A DNA stretch of 64,000 nt from Hyphochytrium catenoides (Eukaryota; Protista; Hyphochytriomycota). The notes below the pieces were generated by a model. The model had not been told where the DNA came from, ran no database searches, and was given only the letters and a program-made list of their open reading frames with translations. Position numbers and translations under genes: made by a program. The stretch spans positions 1 to 64,000 of the forward strand of contig FLMG01002914.1 in assembly GCA_900088475.1 (NCBI GenBank), in the 5' to 3' direction. Positions 1 to 11,334 of this stretch are shown piece by piece (positions within the stretch are counted from its first letter, which is position 1; each line of letters begins with the position of its first letter).

Positions 1-956
1 GGCAGTGTGACAACTTCTGCTATGAGGCCAGGCTCCACACAGACAAATTTTTGATAGTCCTCGGTGTCCAGATCTGCCAATTTCTTGCAATCTTCAATCC
101 AAGGATTCCAGATCGTGAGATTTGTAGGAATATGTTGGGCTTCATGGGACGGAGGAGGAGCATGATGAGGGTCATTCTCAGAGACAGTCATTCCCTTCAA
201 CCGCAGAGCTTTCTTCGTTATCCTGATGCAGGCAGCCGAGCCTGTCTTCACCTCCAGTTGATCCGGCGCATCGAGGTAAACACAATCTGTCGCCCCCTCA
301 ATAACAACTTCCTGACGATCTTCTTTGCCTGCTGCGAAGTTCCCGACCTTGTCTACGAAGTTAGCTCCTTTTAGCTGAGACACTGACGCCTTGGCTATAT
401 GCTCTACCCGAAAGTAAGGATGCAGTAAAGCTTGGAAGTCAAAGGGTTGTCCCAGGTTGGCAATGTCAAGAGACATCTCAAGGCTATTGTCCTCTTTCAA
501 CAGGATTTCATAGCGGAGATGGAAGTGATAGGGCCAGAGCTCGATGGTCTGCTGGGACCACTTTAGTGTTAACACCAGCTTGGGATTTACGCCATCCACC
601 AACGTCATCTCCTCCACCTTCCAGTCTTGAAGGCGTGCAAAGCCATGGAAAGGGACTCTTGTGTGGTCCGCGGAGAACTTCGGCTCACCCAGTCCGCCAT
701 AGCAGAATTGTGGAAAGACAATAGGAATGCCGCCTGTGATTGGTTCTTTGCCGTTGAAAGCAGCATTTTCAGAGACAAAGAGAATCTCCTTAAGCTGTCC
801 CTTCCCGTCAGGGACTTTGTACGATGTGACATTAGCACCAAAGGTGTAAACCTCTAGAGTGGCAAAGCTCGTAGGGTGCTTCACAGTTATCCGCTGCAAA
901 TCGCCTTTCCCAAACTCAACGGCAAAGGCTTCTTGGAGGGACGCTGACTTCTCCAT
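1..956 (-). CDS. Glucose-6-phosphate 1-epimerase / D-hexose-6-phosphate mutarotase (aldose 1-epimerase family); intronless here, 3' end outside the window
   Basis: Manual translation from ATG at 956: MEKSASLQEAF...LEVYTFGANVTSYK...GGIPIVFPQF...HGFARLQDW...WPYHF...FQALLHPYF...IWNPW...YQKFVCVEPG. These are hallmark motifs of the family. The ORF has no stop inside the window, which explains its absence from the ORF track. Confidence 0.93.
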   Translation of the reverse strand, partial: MEKSASLQEAFAVEFGKGDLQRITVKHPTSFATLEVYTFGANVTSYKVPDGKGQLKEILFVSENAAFNGKEPITGGIPIVFPQFCYGGLGEPKFSADHTRVPFHGFARLQDWKVEEMTLVDGVNPKLVLTLKWSQQTIELWPYHFHLRYEILLKEDNSLEMSLDIANLGQPFDFQALLHPYFRVEHIAKASVSQLKGANFVDKVGNFAAGKEDRQEVVIEGATDCVYLDAPDQLEVKTGSAACIRITKKALRLKGMTVSENDPHHAPPPSHEAQHIPTNLTIWNPWIEDCKKLADLDTEDYQKFVCVEPGLIAEVVTL

Positions 957-2113
957 TGGGACAAATTAGGAAAGGTAGCGTTCAATGCTGTTGCTTGTTA
1001 TCGACACCTGGTGTTTGCTGCTAGGTAAATCCTCAAAGCATCGTCAATGCTTCGACTATTGATGCTATCCAGGCTTTTGGAAGCCACTTGGTACACTTTC
1101 CCGGCCCGAAGCAGCTTTACTCCCAGGTAGACAATTGAGCTCCAAATCCTTTCCACAACCTCAGGCTTCAGGTTGCGACAGAGCTACGTTCATCCGTTGT
1201 GCTGCAGAAGGCGAGATGTTCTCTGCTTATCCCTGGTTCACTTGAGGCTTATAACGTATAGCCTCAGCACTTCTCAAGGCGGGCCGTCATTCGAGCTGAG
1301 GCTGATTGACAGCAGGAGGAAGTGTTCTGATGAAAGATCGCTTCTGTCTGGCGTTTCGCTGTAAACAGAATCCTGGTGATTAGTAACCTTTCCCTCTTCA
1401 GGTTCAATAACTAAACCTTTGGTTTCCTTACTGATTTTTGCAGGAGTCCGCAAGTCTGTACCTCAATAGGCAGGGTGATGTTAGATCTCCACGTCACGTT
1501 TACCGGAGTCTGGTCATCGGTGGAGCAATTGGCTCAGATCTTATTAGTGTGGGATCACCGCACACATCAGAAAGACTGATCATCCAGATTCCTCAGCCTC
1601 TTATGCCGATGATGGGCGCGGCACCGGCCGATGTGAAGCTAGCTCTATAAGCTAGGAAGCGATGAGGAGTATGACCAGTCATAGCGGTTGGCAAGGCCCG
1701 CCCTCCCTGTTCACATCCTTCTTATCTGTTAGGGCTCGCAACCGGAGCGAAAGGGAATAAGAAGGCATCAAGAAGCGCAAGAAGTGGGAGAGAGCAGGTG
1801 TCCAAGACGAACAAAGAGGTCAACCCGGGCGCTAAGAGAGGACCTGCAGAACAAAGTTTCACAGGATCATTGCTCTCTTGATGGTTATATCCACACTGAA
1901 CTGAAGCGTGCGGAGGCAGTCTATCTGCACTGGCGGAGCTCGTGAGGCTTGGAAAGTGCTGCTGCAATCTGATTCTGTTCTGCTTTCACTAGCTCCCTCA
2001 TATGGGATGCTGGCATAATATACCTCCTCTCGAAGAACAGCTCATTCAGGAGACGTGCCACAAGGCATTATTAGACCGTCTATAGAACAAGACCTTAGAC
2101 TTCATTTACGAAC

Positions 2114-5100
2114 ATGAGTAGCTACGGTTACGGAGGCCGAGGTGGTGGTGGAGGAGGTGAGTCTCTCCGATATACCATGGGCTGCAAGTTGTGCCGACTA
2201 GCAGTGGGAACTCAAGGGTGTACGCAGGCCGTCACGGCGGGCGCGGGGACTATCGCGGAGGCTTCAGCGACAGAGGCGGCCGGTCGGGGCGAGGAGGGTC
2301 GCGATTCGGTAACCAAGGCAGGGGTAGGGGTCAGCCTCCAAAACGTGGCCCTCCTCTAGGTACTTGCTCTCTGGCATCATGAAGAGTCGGTGTAATCTAT
2401 CCAGTTCTATTCTCAACTCTATCGTCACTGCTGTCGTGCATCTACTTCTATGTTCGGCCACAAAGCGCTTATATGATGCCTCAAATGTCTCTGCTTCACA
2501 CTGGTTATAGCATACAAGCAGGTGATCGCCTTCCAAGGCGGACCAGAACCCCAACAGCAGAGCCCTCCTAGCGTAAAGGACATGGCTCCTTGGTGGAAGA
2601 GTCAGAAAGTCTTTGAGGCCTCACAAGATGGCAATCTCCGCGTAAGGAGGAGAAAGCGCGAAGAGATAGTATATTCCTAGGCCCTTTGTCATAACTTTTT
2701 ATCTGTACACCGCGGTGCACCACTTGCTAACCGTCTTCATCCTTGCTTTCTCTCTTATTTTATTCTCTTCTTACCGCCTCTTCTATTTGTGAAACAGATG
2801 TACAACGTGACCGATTGGAACTGCGCTGCAACTATTCCGGCCGGACAAGTTGGCACCAAAGGGCGTGGAGTCGAGGCAGTCCTTGTGGAAGGAAACTGGC
2901 TCTTTGTAGGCACAGAAGTAGAGGTTCCTCTCATCCCTGGTAACTCTGTCGGAATCGTAAGGGCCTGGAACCTAGACGCTGCCTCAGTAAGTTGATTAAT
3001 TGGCTGCGTGGATCGAAGGACAGAGGCAGACTTGAGAACAAGACGGATGAGGTTACAAAGAGAGGATGGTGAATAAGAAGTCTTACGCTACGGAAAAGTT
3101 TCGAAAAAGGGAAGCCTATTTCTGGAAAGATGTGAGAAATGGAAGGTTTTGGAAAGACAGAAATGGTTGAGTCGATCGATACGGCAAGTCAGGGGCCAGA
3201 GAAGTCTCAACTGCCTGGAGGAAATGGCAGTGACATCTTAGCACTGCACAAGATATCTCTTATTCATACCATTGTTTATTTAATGTTTCACTTCCAGGCT
3301 CCACCTTTTGATTTCGTGGTATCTGAGCACATGCCATTCAGTCATAGCGAGTGCGTCACAGCTCTTGCAGTCGCTACTGACCCCGCGTCTGGCGCCGCAC
3401 TTCTTTTTTCTGGCGGATTCGAAGGTTTNNNNNNNNNNNNNNNNNNNNNNNNNNNNNNNNNNNNNNNNNNNNNNCTCTAAACTTCTTCACTTGCATTCCA
3501 ATAGCTCTTCTTACCTTACTGACCTCGCTACGGACTACATTCCAGGCGTGATTAGGGTTTGGAAGTTTGATGCCACGGCTTCACGCTTTATTTGCTCGGG
3601 GACGCTGGAAGGCCATGTCCGTGGGGTGACTAGGCTCATCGTTTTGGACAACATGTGCGCAATACCTTCACTATTGTTTCTGGACTTCTTTTATGGTGTC
3701 ATTTGTCTATATGTTGTCTTCCTTTGAAAGGTCCACCTTATGTGGTTCTCTTGGTGTCCTTATGGTTGATTGAAGATATAGGTAGCTCGCGTGTGCTAGG
3801 TTAGCGATCTCCATTCTTGCCTTGCTGGCTTTTTATATAGATGGGAACGAAGGACAACAATATCTCACCATGCTATGCAGCTTGATCTCCTCCTCCTTAG
3901 ACCACACTATTAGGCTATGGGATATAGCATCACTGAAGTGCATCAACCTCTTCTCCTCCCAGACGAATGGACACACTAAAGCTGTCATAGTAAGCTTTTA
4001 CCTGCAAAAGACGTAAACACTTTGTCCAGTTTCTGTTATTACCCCGCCCTCCGGACCCACGCGGGGTCCCGCTTTGTTCCTCTTGCTCTCATTCTTTCAC
4101 TGGTATATATTGCTAACTCTCGCTCTCTTGCTGCTCCTCTCCCCGACGTGGGTTCCTTCCTTTCAACCCTCCCTCCTATCGAACACTACGCGACCTAATC
4201 TAGGACATTGTGGCGTATCGGAGTTCGCCGGTGAGTAATATATGACCACTTCATCCCATCGCCTTAAGTTTAGGCAGCAGGGTCCCTACTCCTCCTCCTT
4301 ACCTTACTTATACCCTCCCTCCTTGTCCTTGCTCTCTTGGATAGACGGATACCTTTCTTATTAGCGGCGGCCTCGATGGCTTCGTTCATATATGGAACCT
4401 TCAGACATCTTCCCACGAGTACGCGGACCAGGTCGAAGGTCCAGTGACTGCTCTTTGCGTAGCTAGTGATCCCGCCAACCAACCCGTCCTTCTAGTGGGA
4501 CTTCAGGTTAGTCCAAGTTATAAGAACCCGACATGAAGGGAACTCCCACGAGCGCCCTCGTTCTATTCCGCCGTCTCATGTAGCCTGCAAACCTCCCGGG
4601 GCCCTCTTGGACCTTCATTATTTCTTCTTTCTTTCTCCTCCTTTCTTTCTATCTGTGTCTCGCACTTTGGGCCATCGCTTGTCTCTCTTATCCATCTCTC
4701 GCTTGCCCTTTCTCTTTGTCCTCTATTGTCCTGACCGCAAGTTGTAAATCCTCTGTTGATCTATCCGCTACCACGCCGGACAAGGCATTTTGCCGCGGTT
4801 GCCTTCCTTCTCCCTTTTCTAACCCTAACTTACGTCTCTATCTGAATGGATATAGACTGGGAAGATCTTAGTAAAGGAGCTGACCGGGAATCTAGACGTC
4901 AAGTGTGACATAACCCCTCATCATCGCTTTGGCCACACTGATGCCGTGCGGCGGCTGTTACCGGGGCCAGGTAATATGTCGCTCTGCTCGGTCTCCGAGT
5001 TACAGTTGATTTGCATCCTCTTTGTCCTATCTCTGTTCTTGTTTCTCTTTGGTGGGACTTTGTTATTGATTGAGCGTGCGATGCTCATCACTGACCGTTC

Positions 5101-5198
5101 TACGGGCAGAGGGTGTGTTCCTAAGCTGCGGAGAGGACGGAAAGCTGCGTTTCTGGAAGTGGATCAAGCCTTTATCGATACTTAGCCAGCAATATTAG
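2114..5198 (+). CDS. WD40-repeat protein with N-terminal RGG/RG-rich region, about 11 exons (WD region resembles plant ZFWD-type proteins)
   Basis: Exons join in frame via GT-AG introns: MSSYGYGGRGGGGG / GRHGGRGDYRGG...PPL / AYKQVIAFQ... / MYNVTDW...VRAWNLD / ...LFSGGFEG / VIRVWKFD...LEGHVRGV / LISSSLDHTIRLWD / DIVAYRSSP / FLISGGLDGFVHIWN / GHTDAVRRL / FLSCGEDGKLRFWKW...QY* (TAG 5196-5198). Confidence 0.85.
3429..3474. other. Assembly gap (N run) within an intron of the WD40 gene
   Basis: Run of n characters. Confidence 0.99.
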
Positions 5199-5837
5199 GA
5201 AACTTCCCACCCTCAGACTGTCCCTGTGCAGAGAGTATAACTGCTACCAACCTTTCAGACCGATAAAGACAATACAATGGTATTTTGACTCCTCTTCACT
5301 CCGACTTCTCTTTACTTGCACACATGGGAAGGCTCGAACATCCTGCAGCCTCCAACCCCTATTGTCTAGATCATTAGCTGCGGAGATGCCTCCAAGGGTC
5401 TTGAGGACAGTTTGGGGTATCTCTGTATGCCTTTCTTGGTTGACCTTCACTTATATTTCTTTTTGGAGAGCGGGGCTATGAGACCAAAAGAGGAAGCGCA
5501 TGGGTGCAGGTTGTGTCCAGTGAGGTTTTGTTTATTGGTTCGTTTAAAAGAGCAATAGCTTTTGATAATATAGACAAGAGTACAATGGATCGATTCTAGC
5601 TGATAAGTGCATCGAAGCTACGTCTATCCATAGATAGCAGAGAGAGAACTAGATTGAGAAAGAGAGGATAAGAAGACGAAGAATCGTCTTATAGCACTGC
5701 GCGATACTTCATGTGGACCGGCTCCACATGCCTATCATGGTGGTGCAGACGAGACCAAGACTAACAAAGAACTCTATAGGGCCGGCACGGCTTGTGGTAG
5801 ACCGCTGAGTCCGCAACCACAGTGTTGACGTCCCAGG

Positions 5838-8800
5838 CTAATAGAAATTAGCATCAAACTCTGGCTCAAGATGGCGGCCCTTGATATATAGAAACATAGC
5901 CATAAAGAGTGTGGACACCACGGAAAGTAAGGGCACCGTGACGTAGAGAAAGACTGGCGGCAGAGTGATCTGGTCGAGACTGGCCAAACTCGTCTTCGCG
6001 TTAGCCAGCGGAGCTTGTACTCTGTTGCCCGTCTGAGGATTAAACCCAGGCTTGAAGATACCCTTATCGGTCCCTAGCCGCGAGTCTTTGGCGTCACTGT
6101 CTGATGGCTGAGGAGTTTCCAGCGTTGACGACAATGTGCCTGGAACTCCACTGCGTGTGGTCTTGGTCTCGAAGGTCTCAAACCTTACTTTTGTTGGCTT
6201 CTGTGCGTTCATTTTCACCACCCCTCTGGCTTCCTTTGTTGATGTTCCTCCGTCATCATCATCACGATCCTTTCTAGACCTGGCGGCAAAGACGACGACA
6301 GGTCGGGGCTCCTGGGTTGTTGAAGGAGCAGAAGTGGAAGAACTCCCGCGAGTTCTGCCTTGAGAACTGCGCGATGACGAAAAAGTCCCTCTTTGATTTG
6401 GGAGGCTGATGACGACGGGCGATGGAGCAGGAGACTCTCCGTTCTCCCGCGCGATTCCAGTATCATCTTCCTCTGGCAGTGGTTGGATTGTACTCCTTTG
6501 TGGCCCCGTATCCCCTCCATCAGCAGTGGTGCCGGTAGAGTCTGAACTTTGGTTAGTTCCATCATCTGCACCCCGGTCATCTTGCCGTGCACTTGTCTTA
6601 TCAGTAGTCGGAGGAGTAGAGGTTTTCTGTTGCCCACCCTTTCCACCTTGCCTTCCCTGACCTTGAGGCGCCCGCGAAGTGTTGGCTTGCTTGTTCTCCT
6701 TGCAGCCTGACCACCACTCGTCTTGTTTGACGCACTTAAGATCTCCGCAGCAGGATTTGGAAGGGAACGGGTCACCATTTGGTTTCTTGCCGCCGCACTG
6801 CTGACCAACCTCCTTCGCACATTGGCCATTGTTCTTCTGATTGTTGCCATTATTATTCCCGCCGTTCTTCTGTTGGTTTTTGTCCTTGTTGCCGTCATTT
6901 TCCTGCTGATTGCTGTCTTTGTTGCCGCCGTTGTTCTGCTTGTTGCTATCATTGTTATTGGCACCGTTGTTCTGCTTGTTCTCCTTGCAGCCTGACCACC
7001 ATTCGTCCTGTTTGACGCACTTGAGATCTCCGCAGCAGGATTTGGCAGGGAACGGCTCACCATTCGGTTTCTTGCCACCGCATTGCTGGCCAATTTTCGC
7101 ACACTGGCCATTGTTCTTCTGGTCATTGCCATTATTGTTGTCACCATTCTTCTGCTGGTTGTTGTCATTGTTGCCACCGTTCTTTTGCTGGTTGTTGTTA
7201 TTGTTGCCACCGTTCTTCTGCTGGTTGTTGTCATTGTTGCCACCGTTCTTTTGCTGGTTGTTGTCATTGTTGCCACCGTTCTTCTGCTGATTGTTGTTAT
7301 CGTTGCCACCGTTCTTCTGCTGATTGTTGTTATTGTTGCCACCGTCCTTCTGCTGATTGTTGTCATTGTTACCCCCGTTCTTCTGCTGATTGTTGTTATC
7401 GTTGCCACCATTTTTCTGTTGGTTGCTGTCATTGCTGCCACCGTTCTTCTGCTGGTTGCTATCATTCTTATTGCCACCGTCGTTCTGCTTGTTCTCCTTG
7501 CAGCCTGACCACCATTCGTCCTGTTTGACGCACTTGAGATCTCCGCAGCAGGATTTGGCAGGGAATGGTTCACCATTCGGTTTCTTGCCACCGCATTGCT
7601 GGCCAATTTTCGCACACTGGCCATTGTTTTTCTGGTCATTGCCATTATTGTTGTCACCATTCTTCTGCTGGTTGTTGTCATTGTTACCCCCGTTGTTTTG
7701 CTGCTTGTTGTTATTGTTGCCACCGTTCTTCTGCTGGTTGTTGTCATTGTTGCCACCGTTCTTCTGCTGATTGTTGTTATCGTTGGCGCCGTTCTTCTGC
7801 TGATTGTTGTTATCGGTGCCACCGTTCTTCTGCTGGTCGTTGTCCTTGTTGCCACCGTTCTTCTGCTGATTGTTGTTATTGTTGCCACCGTTCTTCTGCT
7901 GATTGTTGTCATTGGTGCCGCCGTTCTTCTGCTGATTGTTGTTATCGTTGCCACCATTTTTCTGTTGGTTGCTGTCATTGCTGCCACCGTTCTTCTGCTG
8001 GTTGCTATCATTCTTATTGCCACCGTCGTTCTGCTTGTTCTCCTTGCAGCCTGACCACCATTCGTCCTGTTTGACGCACTTGAGATCTCCGCAGCAGGAT
8101 TTGGTAGGGAGCGGCTCACCATTCGGTTTCTTGCCACCGCATTGCTGGCCAATCTTCGCACACTGGCCATTGTCATTATTGTTGTCACCGTTCTTCTGCT
8201 GGTTGTTATTATTGCCACCGTCCTGCTGCTTGTTGTTATTGTTGCCACCGTTGTTTTGCTGCTGGTTGTTACTGGTGCCGCCGTTCTCCTGCTGGTTGTT
8301 GGAATTGCCACCGTTGTTCTGCTGATTGTTACTGGTGCCGCCGTTCTTCTGCTGGTTATTGTCTTTGTCGCCACCGTTGTTCTGCCGATTGTTGTTACTG
8401 TTGCCACCGTTCTTCTGCTGACTGGTGTTACTGTCATTCTTTTGCTGGTCAGTACTCTGCTGCTTATTATCGTTGCCGCCACTCTTTGGCTGAATAGTGC
8501 CCTGCTGAGCCGGTTTTCTAGTATCTGTGCCCCGCTGGGGACCCTCGCTTCCTACATTCTGCTTTTGCGAATTGCTGGCCGCCCCGCTCCTGCTCTGCCT
8601 GCTGGGAGCTGCAGTGGCAGTTTCTTTGAGGCTCTCTTTCTGCACTGCCACGGTAGCGGCAGCTGGCTCCTTGCAAACCTTACCACCATCTGCATTCTGG
8701 CAAACGAGTTGGCCACAGCATCGCGGAGCATCGTCGTCGCCACCACCGCATCTTGTCATCCTTGCTAGACACTTGCCTTCATCCTCATCATCATCCTCAT

Positions 8801-9170
8801 CCTTCTTCTCCTTCTTCTCTTTCTTTTCCTTCTTGTCCTCCTTTTCCATCTCATTGCCCTTACCGTTCCCCTTGCCCTTAGCCTTTCCTTTCCCCTTGCC
8901 CTTAGCTTTTCCTTTACCCTTGTCCTTCCCTTTGCCTTGCGCCTGATCCACCCCATCCGCTACAGCCTTGTCCGCGGTTGGCAATGCTTTCTGAGTTACC
9001 GGTCGCGGAGCAGATCCCGGGCTAGAAACAGCTTTCGGCTTGTCGTTTAACGGGGATGGCGAGGAGTCAGTCTCTGAGCAGCATGAGAGAAGCACAGCCA
9101 TGAGAAGAACCAGGACGGCCATCCAGAAGCAGGACAACCGACCCGCTCTTCGCGGTGCACTCCGTATCAT
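5838..9170 (-). CDS. Type I membrane/surface protein, 1110 aa: signal peptide, Lys/Gly- and Glu/Asp-rich segments, 4 intact + 1 degenerate CBM1-like (knottin) modules on N/Q/G-rich 10-aa repeat linkers, C-terminal TM helix
   Basis: Single ORF with a hydrophobic N-terminus (WMAVLVLLMAVLLSCC). The module CAKIGQQCGG...SCCGDLKCVKQDEWWSGC occurs four times and matches the CBM1 pattern QCGG...C...C...aromatic-aromatic-S-x-C. TM segment VFLYVTVPLLSVVSTLFMAMFLY is followed by a short tail. Confidence 0.85.
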   Translation of the reverse strand: MIRSAPRRAGRLSCFWMAVLVLLMAVLLSCCSETDSSPSPLNDKPKAVSSPGSAPRPVTQKALPTADKAVADGVDQAQGKGKDKGKGKAKGKGKGKAKGKGNGKGNEMEKEDKKEKKEKKEKKDEDDDEDEGKCLARMTRCGGGDDDAPRCCGQLVCQNADGGKVCKEPAAATVAVQKESLKETATAAPSRQSRSGAASNSQKQNVGSEGPQRGTDTRKPAQQGTIQPKSGGNDNKQQSTDQQKNDSNTSQQKNGGNSNNNRQNNGGDKDNNQQKNGGTSNNQQNNGGNSNNQQENGGTSNNQQQNNGGNNNNKQQDGGNNNNQQKNGDNNNDNGQCAKIGQQCGGKKPNGEPLPTKSCCGDLKCVKQDEWWSGCKENKQNDGGNKNDSNQQKNGGSNDSNQQKNGGNDNNNQQKNGGTNDNNQQKNGGNNNNNQQKNGGNKDNDQQKNGGTDNNNQQKNGANDNNNQQKNGGNNDNNQQKNGGNNNNKQQNNGGNNDNNQQKNGDNNNGNDQKNNGQCAKIGQQCGGKKPNGEPFPAKSCCGDLKCVKQDEWWSGCKENKQNDGGNKNDSNQQKNGGSNDSNQQKNGGNDNNNQQKNGGNNDNNQQKDGGNNNNNQQKNGGNDNNNQQKNGGNNDNNQQKNGGNNDNNQQKNGGNNNNNQQKNGGNNDNNQQKNGDNNNGNDQKNNGQCAKIGQQCGGKKPNGEPFPAKSCCGDLKCVKQDEWWSGCKENKQNNGANNNDSNKQNNGGNKDSNQQENDGNKDKNQQKNGGNNNGNNQKNNGQCAKEVGQQCGGKKPNGDPFPSKSCCGDLKCVKQDEWWSGCKENKQANTSRAPQGQGRQGGKGGQQKTSTPPTTDKTSARQDDRGADDGTNQSSDSTGTTADGGDTGPQRSTIQPLPEEDDTGIARENGESPAPSPVVISLPNQRGTFSSSRSSQGRTRGSSSTSAPSTTQEPRPVVVFAARSRKDRDDDDGGTSTKEARGVVKMNAQKPTKVRFETFETKTTRSGVPGTLSSTLETPQPSDSDAKDSRLGTDKGIFKPGFNPQTGNRVQAPLANAKTSLASLDQITLPPVFLYVTVPLLSVVSTLFMAMFLYIKGRHLEPEFDANFY
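6686..8420 (-). repeat. Coding tandem repeats: near-identical CBM1 units (about 140 bp) separated by arrays of about 30-bp units (QQKNGGNNNN)
   Basis: CBM1 units at about 6686-6825, 6975-7110, 7488-7625 and 8034-8170. The latter three are 513 and 546 bp apart. gccaccgttcttctgctg recurs about every 30 bp. Confidence 0.95.
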
Positions 9171-9822
9171 GATGATGTTTTGCTACTGGAGTCTACGCCT
9201 CGTGCATTGGACTTTGCTGTTCTGCTTTCGTTATCCGACCAAAGTGGTCATACTCTTCTATGCTCAAGGTATTAGACGACAGAGGAGAGCTAAAGCCGGA
9301 AGGGGGGATTCACTAAGAGAGCACACCAAAAGATAGTGGCTGCAGACAGTCAATCAGGAGTTATATGCGTTAAAGAGGTGAGGCAGTCGGATGCGAGCTG
9401 AAGTTGTGGAGATTAGAGCTCACGCTTCCGAAGACTGCATCAGAGAAAATGTGATTATTAAGCTAAGACTGTCGGCAGCCGCGCGGCACCATGGAGAGAG
9501 AAGGGACAGGACAGACAAGGGTTAGATATGCCGTCCACCCACGCATCCCAAGAAGTGCCAGATGAGAAGAAAGATTCAGAGAGAGGAGAGAGACAAAGAA
9601 AGAGGAAAGGCAGAAGGATGGCCTAAGAAGAAACAGGAGAAGCAGATGACTGAAATAGAGTCAGCGCACTCTGTCGTTGCGTCATGTCCTCTAAGTTGGA
9701 AACAGAAGAGGAGGAGAGACAGTGGGAGAGAGTGAGAGAGAGAGAAGAAGTGCACAGACAAAGAAAGAATAAGAGAGACAAGGAGAGACAGAGATCAAAT
9801 GAGAGACGAACACTGCGAGAGA

Positions 9823-9825
<3 letters not shown>

Positions 9826-9871
<46 letters not shown>
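9826..9871. repeat. (GA)n microsatellite
   Basis: About 22 perfect GA units upstream of the CBM1 gene. Confidence 0.97.
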
Positions 9872-9873
<2 letters not shown>

Positions 9874-10884
9874 AGGTAAGAAGAGAGAAAGGTAGGAGAG
9901 AGGAGCCGTATGAAGAGGATGCAGAAGAGCACGGGAAGAGAAGTGAGGCTGTCTGTCTCCACGCTCGGGTCTTCCTCTGAAGAGCGATTCAACTCTCAGA
10001 CAGAAGCAAAATTTCTTCAGAACGCTTCAACATGAACAGACAGAGTGGAGGAGATAAGGCTAGACCTATAGGATAATGGGTATCGAGAGGGAGAAAGAGT
10101 GAGAGAGAGAAAGGAGGATGCGGACGTGAGGCTTGTCTTGATAGAAAAGTTATAAGGGAGCGGGGGGAGGGAACATGGACCGAAGAGAGACAAAAGAACC
10201 AAAACTGGATCAGAGCAATCAGATCGTTAGACAGAGCAGGCAGTGTTTGAGCAGAGATATCCACGAGTCAGAGAAAGAGTGATGTATGCAGCAGTATTAA
10301 TTACAATTGTCCTTAGGTAGAGATGTATGTTGATAACAGACAGAACAGAGTATCGCTAAACAGAGCAGGAGGAGATATATGCCCAAGCCTCTACTCATCA
10401 CCAGAAATGACAGGAACTTTCGGTCCAACCCGCGTCTCTAGTATATCTCCTAAATGCAGTAAGCAAATACTACTACAGGGCTTTAGCCACTGCTAGAATT
10501 GCGTACTATTATTGGTGGCCAGTTCCAGTTTAGGCCTGGAGCTCGCCTAAAATCATGCTCTAGCCTAACTTTTCTCCCAAGTCTGTTTGGAACCATTCTA
10601 ATTCAGGATCTAGTGGGGTTTGGCTTCTTGAAAGGATAAATTTCACTGTACTGGTTTCAAATATGGAAGAGAGATCTCTTTAAGGTGGTAGTACAGACAA
10701 GTAGGCTTCTTGTTTGAAGACCCAATTCTTCACTTTCTCCTCCTCCCTCGCCTACAATCTGCCAAAGAGTTCAAAACTGTACTGTGATGATGATTCTTTT
10801 TTCTGATAACTATGAAGGCGGCGGCGGTGGAGAGCGGGTAGATGAGGAGGAGGAAAATGTCCAGGACTTTTTTGAAGCTCTTGT

Positions 10885-11334
10885 TTCCTCTTCTTCACTT
10901 TCTTCTTCTTCTTCTTCTCCCTCTTCTCCTTCTTCTTCTCCTCCTCCTCCTTCTTCTTCTCGTTCTCCTTCTTCTTCTTCTCTTTCTTCTTCTTCCCTCT
11001 TCTGCTTCTTCTTCTCCTCTTTCTTCTTCTTCTCCTCCTCCTTCTTCTTCTCGTTCTCCTTCTTCTTCTTCTCGTTCTCCTTCTTCCCTCTTCTGCTTCT
11101 TCTTCTCCTCTTTCTTCTTCTTCTCCTCCTCCTTCTTCTTCTCCTCCTCCTCCTTCTTCTTCTCGTTCTCCTTCTTCCCTCTTCTGCTTCTTCTTCTTCT
11201 TCTTCTCCTTCTTCTTCTCCTCGTTTTTCTTCTTTTTCTCCTTCTGTCTTTTTCTCCCTCTGCTGCTTCTTCTCCCTCTTCTTCTCCTTCTCCTTCTCCT
11301 TCTTCTTCTTCTTCTTCTTCTTCTTCTTCTTCCT
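10885..11334. repeat. About 450-bp polypyrimidine (TTC/TCC)n low-complexity tract with an internal repeat of about 90 bp
   Basis: Almost purine-free on the + strand; ttcttccctcttctgcttcttcttct recurs at about 10990, 11080 and 11170. Confidence 0.95.

Noticed and set aside
6686-8420. Regular repeats superficially like a CRISPR array
   Set aside because: They are in-frame coding repeats without unique spacers; the context is eukaryotic and there are no cas genes.
6136-8946. Long alternative-frame and antisense ORFs (755 aa T/R-rich; poly-LVV; PPFFCW)
   Set aside because: They are shadows of the stop-poor 30-bp coding repeats of the CBM1 gene.
10528-10563. Hairpin tttaggc...gcctaaa followed by CTAG (Helitron-like 3' end)
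   Set aside because: The stem is only 7 bp, CTAG is not followed by T, and no matching 5' end or Rep/helicase is seen.
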